Source of the DNA: an uncultured delta proteobacterium
GTDB taxonomy: Bacteria > Myxococcota_A > Polyangia > Fen-1088
Direction: 5' to 3'
NCBI GenBank assembly: GCA_963796685.1
Contig: CAWCMR010000014.1
Span: forward strand, 96,001-160,000
DNA: 64,000 bases
A model generated the notes under the pieces. That model searched no databases. It worked only from the letters and a program-made list of their open reading frames with translations, and was not told where the DNA came from. Position numbers and translations under genes: made by a program. Numbering within the stretch: the stretch's first letter is position 1; each line of letters opens with the position of its first letter. Positions 1 through 9,794 of the stretch are shown here, one piece after another.

Positions 1-856
1 GCAGCTCGGCCTCGCTGGAGCCGTAGAAGCTCTTGAAGTGGTTGATGAGCAGGCCGTCCTTGGCGCGCGCCGAGGCGAGAAGCTGGATGGAGTAGATGAG
101 GCGTTCGTTGATCGGCTCGGTGCCCTCGGTGGTGAGGATGGTGCGGGTCTGGTGGTCGACCGACATCTTGACCTGCGAGTCGAAGATGTCGGGATAGCTC
201 TTGAACAGGGCCGACACGCGGCGCAGCCGGTCGTCCCACTTCGCGCGGTCCAGTTTCAGGGTGACCGGCGGATCCACGGAGCGCGCGGGCTTTTCGCGCG
301 AGAAGCTGGGCATCTTCTCGTCTTCGACCATCTGGGTGACGCGGGTGCCGCGCTTCTTGTGCAGGGCCGCCAGGGCATCCTTGTAGCGCGCGTCGGTCTG
401 CAGCCACATGGTGGCGCGTAGGGCGTCCACGTTGTCGTCGATGGGCGCGAACGTCGGGGGTTGGTAGCGGTCGAAATCGTCGAGGTCGAAGCTCTTCTCG
501 GTCGAATCGTTGGCGGTGTTGTCGAACTGGTAGCTGCCCACGCGCACCTCGACGGCAGCCTGGCGAACGTTCTGGTAGCTGTCCTCGACCATGGCGCCGA
601 AGCGGGCGCTGAGGTCGTAGTCGTCGTACTCGCGGACGAGGTAGCGGATGAAATACGGGGCATCCTCGCCGGGCATGCGCAGCTTCTGCTTGGAACGGCC
701 GAGCTCGTCCTCGAGCGCGTGGAGGACGATCAGCCGATGGTCCTTGGACGTGGCCGCGCCGGGCTTGGCCGCCGCGGCGCTCGCGACGTGACCGCTGAGA
801 ACGAGGAAGAGGGGAAGAAGAGCCTTGAGGGGCGATGCCTTGAGGGGTGATGCCAT
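1..856 (-). CDS. TldD/PmbA-related secreted metalloprotease-like protein, 3' end outside window
   Basis: Hand translation from ATG at 856: MASPLKASPLKALLPLFLVLSG (signal-like) ... ALEDELGRS ... PYFIRY ... VEVRVGSYQFDNT ... LWLQTD-like MWLQTDARYKDA; open to position 1. Absent from the ORF track because it has no stop in the window. Confidence 0.7.
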   Translation of the reverse strand, partial: MASPLKASPLKALLPLFLVLSGHVASAAAAKPGAATSKDHRLIVLHALEDELGRSKQKLRMPGEDAPYFIRYLVREYDDYDLSARFGAMVEDSYQNVRQAAVEVRVGSYQFDNTANDSTEKSFDLDDFDRYQPPTFAPIDDNVDALRATMWLQTDARYKDALAALHKKRGTRVTQMVEDEKMPSFSREKPARSVDPPVTLKLDRAKWDDRLRRVSALFKSYPDIFDSQVKMSVDHQTRTILTTEGTEPINERLIYSIQLLASARAKDGLLINHFKSFYGSSEAEL

Positions 857-915
857 GGTGTCTTGAGCAGTCTGACCGTTTCTGATTGGCAAAGAAAGCG
901 CTATGGTTGCAAACC

Positions 916-2151
916 ATGGCGACGATCAATACGAACTATCAGAAGCTGCAGGCCGGCTATTTGTTCCCGGAAATCGGCAAGCGCGTGCGCAATTTCGCGG
1001 CGGCCAATCCGTCCGCGCGCATCATTCGCCTGGGTATCGGTGACGTGGTGCTGCCACTGCCCGCGCCCATCATCGACGCCATGAAGGCGGGCGTGGAGGA
1101 GATGGCACGCAAGGAGACCTTTCACGGCTACGACGACCGCGGCCGAGGCTACGACTTCCTGCTTGAACCTATTGCGGCGCATTTTCGCAGCCAGGGCGCC
1201 GACGTAGCCCCCGACGAGATTTTCGTCTCCGATGGCTCGAAGTGCGACACCGCGAACATGCAAGAGATCTTCGCTATCGACAACATCGTCGCGGTGACCG
1301 ATCCGGTCTACCCGGTGTACGTGGATACCAACGTGATGGCCGGGCGCACCGGGCTCGCCGACAAGAACGGCCGCTATGCCAAGCTGGTCTACCTGCCCAC
1401 CACCGACGAAAATGGCTTCGAGCCCGCCCTGCCGAGCGGGCACGTGGATCTCATCTACCTGTGCTCTCCCAACAACCCGACCGGCGCGGTCATGTCGCGC
1501 GCCTCGCTCCAGCGCTGGGTCGAATACGCCAACCGCGAGGGCGCCGTGATTCTATTCGACGCCGCCTACGAGGCCTTCATCCGCGAGCCCGGCCTGGTGC
1601 ACAGCATTTTCGAGATCCCCGGCGCGCGCAACGTGGCGATCGAGTTTCGCAGCTTTTCCAAGACTGCGGGATTCACCGGCACGCGCTGCGCGTTCACCGT
1701 CATCCCGAAAGAGCTGTGCGCGCGCGACGGCTCCGGCGAGGCCGTGCCGCTGCACGGCCTGTGGAACCGCCGCCACACCACCAAGTTCAACGGCGTCAGC
1801 TACCCCGTGCAAAGGGCCGCCGCCGCCGTCTTCAGCCCCGAGGGCAACCAAGCCGTACAGGCCAACATCGACTACTACATGGAAAACGCGCGCATCATCC
1901 GCGAAGGTCTCGGCAAGGCCGGCTACCGCGTCTTCGGCGGAGTCAACGGCCCCTACATCTGGCTGCGCGTGCCCGAGGGGCTGACCTCGTGGCAGTTCTT
2001 CGACCGCTTGCTGGGCGAAGCCAACGTCGTCGGCACCCCCGGCTCGGGCTTCGGCAGCTGCGGCGAAGGCTACTTCCGCCTGTCCGCGTTCGGGTTCAGG
2101 GCGAACGTCGAGGAGGCAGTGGAGCGGATTCGGACGAAGGTAAAGGTGTAG
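916..2151 (+). CDS. dapL: LL-diaminopimelate aminotransferase
   Basis: [56 protein letters not shown] (PLP lysine), TPGSGFG. ATG at 916 preferred over TTG at 886. Confidence 0.95.
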   Translation: MATINTNYQKLQAGYLFPEIGKRVRNFAAANPSARIIRLGIGDVVLPLPAPIIDAMKAGVEEMARKETFHGYDDRGRGYDFLLEPIAAHFRSQGADVAPDEIFVSDGSKCDTANMQEIFAIDNIVAVTDPVYPVYVDTNVMAGRTGLADKNGRYAKLVYLPTTDENGFEPALPSGHVDLIYLCSPNNPTGAVMSRASLQRWVEYANREGAVILFDAAYEAFIREPGLVHSIFEIPGARNVAIEFRSFSKTAGFTGTRCAFTVIPKELCARDGSGEAVPLHGLWNRRHTTKFNGVSYPVQRAAAAVFSPEGNQAVQANIDYYMENARIIREGLGKAGYRVFGGVNGPYIWLRVPEGLTSWQFFDRLLGEANVVGTPGSGFGSCGEGYFRLSAFGFRANVEEAVERIRTKVKV

Positions 2152-2175
2152 GCGCAGCTGGGTTATGATAGGGAC

Positions 2176-2943
2176 ATGCTCTCCAGGCCTGCACGCGCGC
2201 TTTCGGGGCTCGGGTACGCGATGATGGTTGCGGCGCTAGGGGTGGGCCTGCTCGTCTCGATCGGGTGCAAGGGGGGCACTGAAGGCACCGCCCTTGACGG
2301 CGCCTCCCCCGATCCGGGATCGTGCGATCCGGATCCGCTGCGCACGAGTCTCGCCCCCTTGTGGAACGGTCTCTCGGTGGACATCGACGACTGCCCCATC
2401 GTCGCGCTGACGGCCAAGTACCACGAGCCCGACGCCATGATCTTCAAGTCGATCATCTACGTCGAGTCGCGCTTCCAGTACGATGCGGTCGGGTGCACTG
2501 GCAATGGGGCATGTTGCCCGGCGCGCGGCTGGACCGCGGCCGAGTGTGCCTGCCTGGGTGCGATGCAGACCGGGCCTTGGTGCGACTCCTCGAACCTGCC
2601 CGTCGGGTGTACCGGGAGCGGACTCGGTTTGCTCCCGAACGGGCACGTGGACATGGAGACGACCCCCGATACCGGGAACTGGGCCAACTCGGTATTCAAC
2701 CCCTCGGTCAACATCGAGCTCGGCATCGCCGGCATCGCGTGCAACCGCGCGCAGGCAAAGGCTGCCTTTCCGGGCTGCACCGAGGATCAGTACACGATGA
2801 TGGCCATCGGCAATTACAACTCCTACGGCAGCACGAAGGGCTGCACGGTCTACACCTTCGATTACGACGCCACGGTGGTCGACGCGTACGACACCTACTC
2901 GACCGCTGCGGGCTGGCCGGCCCACCCCTACGTGACCCATTAG
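2176..2943 (+). CDS. Cys-rich lipoprotein with lysozyme-like/SLT (GH23-like) domain
   Basis: Lipobox-like VSIGC; SLT-type motifs IIYVESRF (catalytic Glu), GAMQ, FNPSVNIELG, GNYNSYG. Confidence 0.6.
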   Translation: MLSRPARALSGLGYAMMVAALGVGLLVSIGCKGGTEGTALDGASPDPGSCDPDPLRTSLAPLWNGLSVDIDDCPIVALTAKYHEPDAMIFKSIIYVESRFQYDAVGCTGNGACCPARGWTAAECACLGAMQTGPWCDSSNLPVGCTGSGLGLLPNGHVDMETTPDTGNWANSVFNPSVNIELGIAGIACNRAQAKAAFPGCTEDQYTMMAIGNYNSYGSTKGCTVYTFDYDATVVDAYDTYSTAAGWPAHPYVTH

Positions 2944-2992
2944 ACGCCGCTGGGTCAGGGGGACCAGCGCTTGATGCGACGGCTCCCTCTGG

Positions 2993-3072
2993 TTGACTTG
3001 CATGCCATTTCTGCTCATACTGCGACAACTTCTCAGATTGCGAAGCGACGGGGAAATTCAAGATGAGGTCAA
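2993..3072 (+). promoter_or_regulatory. Conserved 80-bp promoter/leader, copy A
   Basis: TTGACT-N17-CATACT followed by a leader ending in GAGGT; 67/80 identical (hand count, ungapped) to the reverse complement of 21384-21463. Confidence 0.6.
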
Positions 3073-3120
3073 CTACACCCACCTACATGCCCGGGTATCC
3101 CCCATACCCAGTTTGAGCCC

Positions 3121-3210
3121 AATCGCCTTGATGCGGCCATCTCCAGCCTAAAGGCGGCACTCAAGATCCAACCGTCGGAAGCGAAAGCTCTCAACGATCT
3201 CGGAGTCTAG
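3121..3210 (+). pseudogene. TPR-repeat gene remnant
   Basis: Translates NRLDAAISSLKAALKIQPSEAKALNDLGV*, a TPR-like pattern; no start codon in frame nearby. Confidence 0.45.
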
Positions 3211-3218
3211 AGGTATGG

Positions 3219-3312
3219 GACGGCACCGTGGTCGTCGTGGCTATCAACAAGGGTAGTGCGGCGGCGATCGGGCCGATTATCGCTCTCCGGCGGGACGGCG
3301 CCAGCCTTGTGC
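3219..3312 (+). pseudogene. Fragment of a GH30 C-terminal beta domain
   Basis: DGTVVVVAINKGS...(shift)SGGTAPALC matches DGTIVVGINKGT..SGGTAPASC (about 5071-5160) and VVVVAINKGT..SGGTAPASC (about 14220-14300). Confidence 0.6.
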
Positions 3313-3458
3313 GATGGCACTTGGGTCCTCGTCGCCACCCACCGCTGGTGTTGAGCCAGATCCGTGATATGTGGTGACTGCTAAGGGGAATACATGGGGT
3401 GCCCGATGGTCAGGCGCCAAGTGTGTGGGACAATGCATTCCATCGTTGGGAGGTTGAC

Positions 3459-5280
3459 GTGTGCAAAACAGAGCTTCGTAGCGTTATTTTAGCGGGCCTA
3501 CTCTTCGGCTGGGGCTGCAGCTCGGGCAGCGCTGGCGGTGGTTCAGGCGGCTCCGCGGGGTCTGGAGGATCCTCCCCAAGCAATGGAGGATCAGGTGGCG
3601 CATCCAGCGGTGCGGGCGGGACGACATCGAGCGGTGGAACGACCTCATCCGGCGGAAGCCAGGGCGCTGGCGGCACGACCTCCAGCGGGGGAGCGACGAC
3701 CTCGACAGGCGGAAGCTCGGCTACGGGCGGCAAGACGAGCGCGGGTGGTGCGCCAGGCTCGGGCGGGGCAACCTCCGCGGGCGGCGTGACAGGCAAGGGG
3801 GGCGCGACGGGTGATGGCGGCGTGACGGGTGCTGGCGGCGTGACGGGTGCTGGCGGGCTGACGGGTGCTGGCGGCGTGACGGGCGCTGGCGGCGTGACGG
3901 GCGCTGGCGGCGTGACGGGCGCTGGCGGCGTGACGGGCGCTGGCGGCGGCACCTCGACTGGTGTGACGGTGCAGCTCGATAGCACGAAGCAGACCATTGA
4001 GGGGTTTGGCCTCAACACCGCTTTGGGAGGTGGCACCGTTCCCTGGGACTCCTTCTACGGTTCAAACGGCCTCGGCTTCAACATCGTGCGTGTCGGAATG
4101 ACTTCGAACGGTAGCCTTTCGGGCAGCATTCCGGCGGCCAGCTACAACGCGAAGGTCATCGGTTCAGTCTGGACCGCGCCCTCCAATTGCAGGACCAACG
4201 TTCCATCAAACGGCTATGGTCTCTGGGCACTTCGAGCACGAGCTGCTACGACTCGTTCTCGACGACGGTAGCCAACTTCGCGAAGAACCAGAAGATCTAC
4301 GCGATGTCGGCGTCGAATGAGCCCGAATTTCAGTCGTGTGGCAAGGCCATCGGTCCGCCGTGCAACAGCGACTACGATACGATGCTCTATACCGCCAACG
4401 AGATGGTGGCTTGGGTCAAGGTGTTGGGACCGAAGCTCCACGCTGCTGGCGTGAAGTTGATTGCCCCCGAGCCATCAGAGTGGATACACCTGTGGAGCAA
4501 CATGTCCGCTACGGGCTCCACTGTGGCCAGCCATCCGAACAGCTCTGACCCGCTGAACTGTGGATGCTTCGGAAATGATCCGGTGCACTACGGGGTGCGC
4601 CAGCACGTGTACTCAGGGCAACGGCTACGACTACGGTCACTGGCTCGCCAAGGACGCGACGGCTTGGCCCTTGATCGACATCATCGGGACGCACGAGTAC
4701 GATTCCCAGAAAGCGGAACCGTGGCCGGCTGATGTCGACGGCGGCCAGCGAACCAAGCCGATCTACGAGACCGAGGTATCCGGCGTGATGTACTGGCCCG
4801 AGCAGGGGCCGTCGAGCGATATCAAGAATGGTATCGCGGTTGCCGGATGGGTTCACTCGGCGATGGTGGTTGGAGAGGCTTCGGCGTGGCTCTATTGGTG
4901 GTACCAGCAGAGCAGCGACAACGAAGGCTTGGTGCTCACGGCCAACACCATGACCAAGCGCTGCTACACCATTGGCAACTACAGCAAGTTCGTACGCCCC
5001 GGCGCCGTCATGGTAAGCGTCGCGGGTAACACCAATACAGAACCTGCTGCTTTCGGCCTTCACGGGTACAGACGGCACCATCGTCGTGGGTATCAACAAG
5101 GGCACCAAGGATCTCACCGTTCCGATTGCGATCAGCGGTGGTACGGCGCCGGCCTCGTGCACGCCCAATGTGACATCGGCGAGCGACAACCTCAAAGCGG
5201 GCACCGCTGTCACCGTGACTGGCGGCAGCTTCAGCGCATCGTTCGCCAATCAAACGGTCACCACGTACGTCTGCAAGTAG
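3459..5280 (+). CDS. GH30 xylanase-like lipoprotein with Gly/Ser/Thr linker; apparent frameshifts near 4225, 4580 and 5045
   Basis: GGAGG RBS then GTG 3459; lipobox FGWGC; QTIEGFG, SVWTAP, SNEPE (acid/base), YETEVS (nucleophile), AWLYWW, GNYSKFVRPG spread over four ORF pieces; colinear with the intact paralog at 14098-15960. Confidence 0.8.
3816..3941 (+). repeat. 7 x 18-bp tandem repeat encoding GGVTGA linker
   Basis: Unit GGCGGCGTGACGGG(T/C)GCT repeated seven times, one variant GGLTGA. Confidence 0.9.
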
Positions 5281-5303
5281 TCAGACTTCGCCAAGGAGCT
5301 GCG

Positions 5304-5340
5304 AAGGCCATGCGGGTGATCAGATCCGCATGGCCTTTTT
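5304..5340 (+). terminator. Intrinsic terminator after the GH30 gene
   Basis: AAGGCCATGCGG-N10-CCGCATGGCCTT stem followed by a T run, 24 bp after the stop at 5280. Confidence 0.7.
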
Positions 5341-5570
5341 CCTGTCAGGTGGACGGCGATCCCACACTTCCCCGGTGTGGCGAATCATGCGCTCCATGGG
5401 GCCGGCGAACGACCCGGAGCTTGCGCACACGGCGGCTTCGTCGACGCCTGACAAGGTGTCTCGGCTATAGCCACGCCCCCCGGGGAGCCCGATCGATGAC
5501 CCGAGAGACTCGTCTTGCTAGTACCCTGACCGAGGCGTCGTGCTCTCGGGTTGCAGCGATAGGTTGAGCA

Positions 5571-6893
5571 TCAGGGGCCGGGCCACTCCCAGTCATAGTA
5601 GCTCGAGGTGCAGGTCAAGCCATTGGCCTGAACCACAACAGTCGTTCTGACTTTGTTGTAGCTGTAGGGGACATTCGGGTCCGTGTTGACATTGCCGACG
5701 TAGACCCACTGTGGAGTGGGCATCCCAGCGCAGACTTGGCCCAGTGGGGCGGGGAAATTCGTTGAACCGTCGTTCACGAAGGAATACGTGATGCACCCTG
5801 TGGGAGGCACATCGATCTGTACCGACAGCTTCGGATAGAGGGAATCGTCGTGGTATTGAATGTAGAAGGGATCTGGCTGTGCGAGCCAGAGCGTGGCAAT
5901 CCTGCTCTTGGCGCTCGCGCCGGTCTTGGGATCGGTCACGACAACGTAATAGTAGTACCTGTTCGGTGAAGTGGGCGAGCCGCGGCCCTGTAGGTACATC
6001 GTCAAGGTACTGGTTGTTGTGCCCGTGGCCTCGTTCCATTGAGTCTGGGGATTGCTACCCGCTAGATCATCGCACGTATACCACTGATAGGAATACGGAC
6101 CACCAGAGGCGCCGCTCGCACTGACAGTAAATACTGCATTGGGCTGCGAGCTCGAATTGCACATTGTTATGTCATTGACTCCGGTAAGTGTCGGCGGGAT
6201 TGCAGTAGCGCAGTTCGGAAGCGCCCAGCCTGTGTCGCACGTGCAGGTCCCTCCGCTGCAACTGCCGTGGCCGCTGCAGCCCACATTGAGGCAAGGGTCG
6301 ATTGTGCAGCCCGATCCGCCCCACCCACCTGTGCAGGTGCATGCGCCAGCGCTGCACGTGCCATGGCCATTGCACGTTACGCCAGAGCAAGGGTCGATTG
6401 TGCAGGCCGATCCACTCCACCCACCTGTGCAGGTGCATGCGCCAGCGCTGCACGTGCCATGGCCGTTGCAGGTCATGCCAGAGCAAGGGTCGACATCGCA
6501 ACTCGTTCCGGACCAACCACCGGTACAGGTGCAAGTGCCTGCGCTGCATGTGCCATGACCGCTGCAGGTTATGCCAGAGCAAGGGTCAACTTGGCAGTTC
6601 ACACCGGACCATCCGCCGTTGCATGTGCAGGTGTACCCGGTTGTGCTGTTGACGCAGGTGCCATGGCCGCTGCAAGTCTGGCCCGCACAATAGTTGGTCT
6701 GGGTGGTGCCCCCGGTGCCTGATATTCCACCCGCCGCCGCTCCACTCCCGCCCGTACCCACGATGCCGCCAGTGGCAACCACGCCGCCGCTGCCAGGCGC
6801 GCCTCCGGTTGACCCGCCGCGGCCGCCTGAGCCCGGGACACCGCCGGCTCCGCCCACACCGCCGGCTCCGCCCACACCGCCGGTTCCGCCCAC
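5571..6893 (-). CDS. Tenascin/EGF-like repeat protein with Ig-like C-terminal domain; 5' end apparently lost
   Basis: About five 31-aa repeats DPCSGxTCxGHGTCSAGxCTCTGGWSG after a Gly-rich linker; Ig-like YSYQWY..TTSTLT..YYYVVVT. No signal peptide; upstream frame is broken next to the IS cluster. Confidence 0.7.
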   Translation of the reverse strand: MGGTGGVGGAGGVGGAGGVPGSGGRGGSTGGAPGSGGVVATGGIVGTGGSGAAAGGISGTGGTTQTNYCAGQTCSGHGTCVNSTTGYTCTCNGGWSGVNCQVDPCSGITCSGHGTCSAGTCTCTGGWSGTSCDVDPCSGMTCNGHGTCSAGACTCTGGWSGSACTIDPCSGVTCNGHGTCSAGACTCTGGWGGSGCTIDPCLNVGCSGHGSCSGGTCTCDTGWALPNCATAIPPTLTGVNDITMCNSSSQPNAVFTVSASGASGGPYSYQWYTCDDLAGSNPQTQWNEATGTTTSTLTMYLQGRGSPTSPNRYYYYVVVTDPKTGASAKSRIATLWLAQPDPFYIQYHDDSLYPKLSVQIDVPPTGCITYSFVNDGSTNFPAPLGQVCAGMPTPQWVYVGNVNTDPNVPYSYNKVRTTVVVQANGLTCTSSYYDWEWPGP

Positions 6894-7204
6894 ACTGCCC
6901 TGCTCCGGTCACGGCGACCGGCGGTACTCAGTCTGTTGCGAACGGCGGCATGCCTGAAGCATCCGCCTGCCTTGGCCGAATTCGGCTTGGAGGCCCATCT
7001 GCCCACCGATCGGTTACGAATCGAGCGCGGAGCAGAGGCTCTGCACATGCACGGGGCGGCGGTCCTGATCTCAGAATCGATCCTGCCGCTGCGTGGATGG
7101 CAGTCTTCGACCCCCTCGGCGATCTGCACGGCGGCAGACTGGCGATGGCGCACCCAAAGGGCGACCTGCACCTGTACGGCCCGGTCCGGAGCATAGGCCG
7201 TTCT

Positions 7205-8660
7205 CATAGGTAGGATCTTAATTCCTCAATGAAATCGATCACTTACTGAACGGATGTTCAAGGTAGTTGCAGAAGACACAGGAATCCTCCTACACATTCG
7301 TTTGCGAAGACAAACGCGAGGAGGTTCCCTGTGCCCAAGAGAGACATTGCCACAATCGAGGCGGAGACACTCAGCCAAAAGCTACAGCAGGTTCTCAGCG
7401 ATGCCGAGGTGGAGAAGGTGGCTCGCCGGTGTGGCTTTCTTCGACGGCGCCGTGAAATCGCCCCGGCCGCGCTTCTTATAGCCTGCATCTCGGCATTGGG
7501 GGCAGGCACGGCTGCGTGGCTCGCGGACATCCTGCGCGCCTTCAACGCGTTCACCGGCAAGGCTGTTCGCTACAAGCCTTTCCACAACCAACTGAGCAAA
7601 CGGCGATTCCCCATCTTCATGCACGCCATTCTCGAACAGGCGCTCGCGAAGCTGACGGCACCTGTGCTTGAGAGTTTGCCCAAGGGCAAGCTGGCTCAGT
7701 TCTCGGAGATCCTGTGCCATGACGGCACCTCGTTTGCGCTCAAAGACACTCTGGCCAGAAAGTGGCCCGGCCGCTTCACGAAGGTGACCCCAGCGGCAGT
7801 GGAGCTCCACGTAACCATGAGCGTCTTGAGGGACAATCCCGTCGCCATTACGCTGGCCCCTGACAAGGAAAGCGAACGCCCATTCGCCCCCAAAGCGGCG
7901 TCTCTCAAAAATCGCCTGGTCCTCGAGGACCGTGGATTCGAGGATCGCGTTGTCTTTGCAGACACTCTCGACGCCGGAGGATTCTTCATCGTTCGCGGCA
8001 AAAAGAACAGCCGACCAATCATCCGAAGTGCTCGCGACAAGAATGGCAGGCGTATCCCTCGTCTCGAGGGCAAGCGACTCAAGTGGCGTGTACTGCCTCG
8101 TCATACGGTCGACCTAGAAATCGAGTGGAAGATCAACGCCCGCAGGACCTACTGTGGTCGTCTCGTTGCCATCTACATCGAAGGAAAACGCAACAAGAAG
8201 GGCTACACCTATCTGCACACGAATCTGTCGAGAGCGACCTTCACCGCTCACGAAGTAGGCAGAGTCTACAGACTCAGATGGCAGATTCAGCTCCTCTTCA
8301 AGGAATGGAAGTCCTACGCAAATCTCCACAAATTCGACACGGCCAAGTCACCCATCGCCGAGGGCCTGATCTGGGCAAGCCTGCTTGCCGCGACCATCAA
8401 ACGAGCGCTCACCCACGCCGCAGAACACGCATGCGGTATTCCACTGTCCACCCAGCGCGCAGCCTGCTCTGCCAAGCATTTCCTCGACGCGATCCTGCTA
8501 TCCATCCTCGAATCTGCCGCGCAGCTCCTGTCGCATATCCGTTCTGCCTTCACTTTCCTCGCGGAAAACGCACCTCGTGCGCATCCCAAACGCGATCAGG
8601 GAATGGGGCGCCTTGCGATGGGATTACGCCATTCCGCCACCGCTTAAGTACCTACCTATG
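7205..8660 (+). mobile_element. IS4-family insertion sequence, 1456 bp
   Basis: 17-bp imperfect IRs CATAGGTAGGATCTTAA / TTAAGTACCTACCTATG; 10-bp target duplication AGGCCGTTCT at 7195-7204 and 8661-8670. Confidence 0.92.
7331..8647 (+). CDS. IS4-family DDE transposase (YREK-motif Glu appears as Gln)
   Basis: HDGTSF, EDRGF, YRLRWQIQLLFKEWKS; fills the IR-bounded element. Confidence 0.88.
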   Translation: MPKRDIATIEAETLSQKLQQVLSDAEVEKVARRCGFLRRRREIAPAALLIACISALGAGTAAWLADILRAFNAFTGKAVRYKPFHNQLSKRRFPIFMHAILEQALAKLTAPVLESLPKGKLAQFSEILCHDGTSFALKDTLARKWPGRFTKVTPAAVELHVTMSVLRDNPVAITLAPDKESERPFAPKAASLKNRLVLEDRGFEDRVVFADTLDAGGFFIVRGKKNSRPIIRSARDKNGRRIPRLEGKRLKWRVLPRHTVDLEIEWKINARRTYCGRLVAIYIEGKRNKKGYTYLHTNLSRATFTAHEVGRVYRLRWQIQLLFKEWKSYANLHKFDTAKSPIAEGLIWASLLAATIKRALTHAAEHACGIPLSTQRAACSAKHFLDAILLSILESAAQLLSHIRSAFTFLAENAPRAHPKRDQGMGRLAMGLRHSATA

Positions 8661-8785
8661 AGGCCGTTCTAGCACCACTTTGCTTTCAATGTCCGGTAAG
8701 AAACATTACGTCAATTATGTGGCCTATTTCTCGGGGATGTAGGTGTCCGCCGGCCGGAGCATGCCGGTGCAGAGCCTGATTGGGA

Positions 8786-9328
8786 TCAACGGACGGAAGT
8801 GGGCGCGGCCGAGCGAAGCTCCTTGAGGTCGTCTCTGGCCTGTTCGAGACCCCGAGCAAGCAGCCGGGCTCTGTGGCCGGAAGGCCCCTCGCAGAGGTTC
8901 TTCGTGATCCAGAAGATCACGCTCTGAACGAGGGTGACGGGATCTCGGTCCACGGCGTGTGCCAGGTCGCCGCATGGAAGCTGGTAGCGATCGGCGATGC
9001 GGCTGAGGGCCTTGCCGACCCGCAAACCCGTCCGGCGCATGACGAAGAGGCCCAGGGCAATTGTCGTCCCGGCTTGCTTGAGGCGCGTCTGCAGCTCTTG
9101 GTCGATCACGGACGGCAGGGGGTGCGGCAGATAGTCCGGCTTTTGGGGCAGATCGCGGGACAGGATGAGCGCGCGCCCCGGAGCCGCGATCAAGCTGTGT
9201 TCCCACAGCCAGTCGAGATAGGTACGGAGGTTGACCAGCCAGCAAAACCGAGTGGTCGGATGGAGGCCACGCTCGTGCAGCTCTTGGCTCCAGGTAAGGC
9301 ACACGTGTTGTTTCTCACGTAGTTCCAC
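8786..9328 (-). pseudogene. Tyrosine recombinase remnant
   Basis: LRTYLDWL..DLPQKPDYLPHPLP..GLFVMRRTGLRVG (box I Arg); no HxxR or catalytic Tyr region follows. Confidence 0.6.
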
Positions 9329-9482
9329 CGCCTGCTTCTCACGGATGTTCGTGATGGGCGGGACGCCATTTCCCAGATTGGGAGGCGCGTTGATTGGCGC
9401 AGGGGCGGTGGCGTAAAGCCAAAGCCCCGACGCCGATGAGATCGGTGCCGGGGCCTTTGGTGATGGGACGGGTGGCGACGTG

Positions 9483-9794
9483 TCAGAAGTTCAAGTAGTC
9501 GCCTTCTGGCTCTGGGTTGAGGGCAAGCTGTCGGTAGTCTTTGATGGCGGCACGGAGGTCGTGGATACGGACGCACAGGTGGTTGGCCTTGCACGCCTCG
9601 GGGGATGGCAGGTCGCCTCGTGCGAGGGACTCAAGGTCGAGGTCTGGATGCTCGGCCATGAGCTGGTAGGCGGCCGTGGCCAAGGTGGCGTCGAGCGCGG
9701 CAAGGACGCCGAGCTCGGGTGCGATTGCCAGTTCGTTCGGGGTGGGCCGCAGGAGCGGCTGGTTGTGCTCGGGCAGCCAGGTCGCGGTCATCAT
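9483..9794 (-). CDS. 103-aa hypothetical protein, last gene of the transposon
   Basis: ATG overlaps the ATPase stop (ATGA); MMTATWLPEH..APELGVLAALDATL; stop lies in the putative element end. Confidence 0.65.
   Translation of the reverse strand: MMTATWLPEHNQPLLRPTPNELAIAPELGVLAALDATLATAAYQLMAEHPDLDLESLARGDLPSPEACKANHLCVRIHDLRAAIKDYRQLALNPEPEGDYLNF

Noticed and set aside
3816-3941. Tandem repeats here and at about 16370-16580, 19950-20060 and 53580-53720 as possible CRISPR arrays
   Set aside because: Unit lengths are multiples of 3, there are no unique spacers, they lie in frame in Gly-rich linkers, and no cas genes are present.
5343-5390. TGTCAGGTGGACGGCGATCCCACACTTCCCC resembling an IS21-type end
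   Set aside because: No partner end or transposase found; the resemblance is from memory only.
6900-7194. Several overlapping short ORFs upstream of the EGF gene
   Set aside because: None gives a recognisable protein or signal peptide; treated as decayed sequence.
8700-8725. CATTACGTCAATTATGTGGC as a RIT-element end beside the integrase remnant
   Set aside because: Only one partial recombinase and no matching second end.
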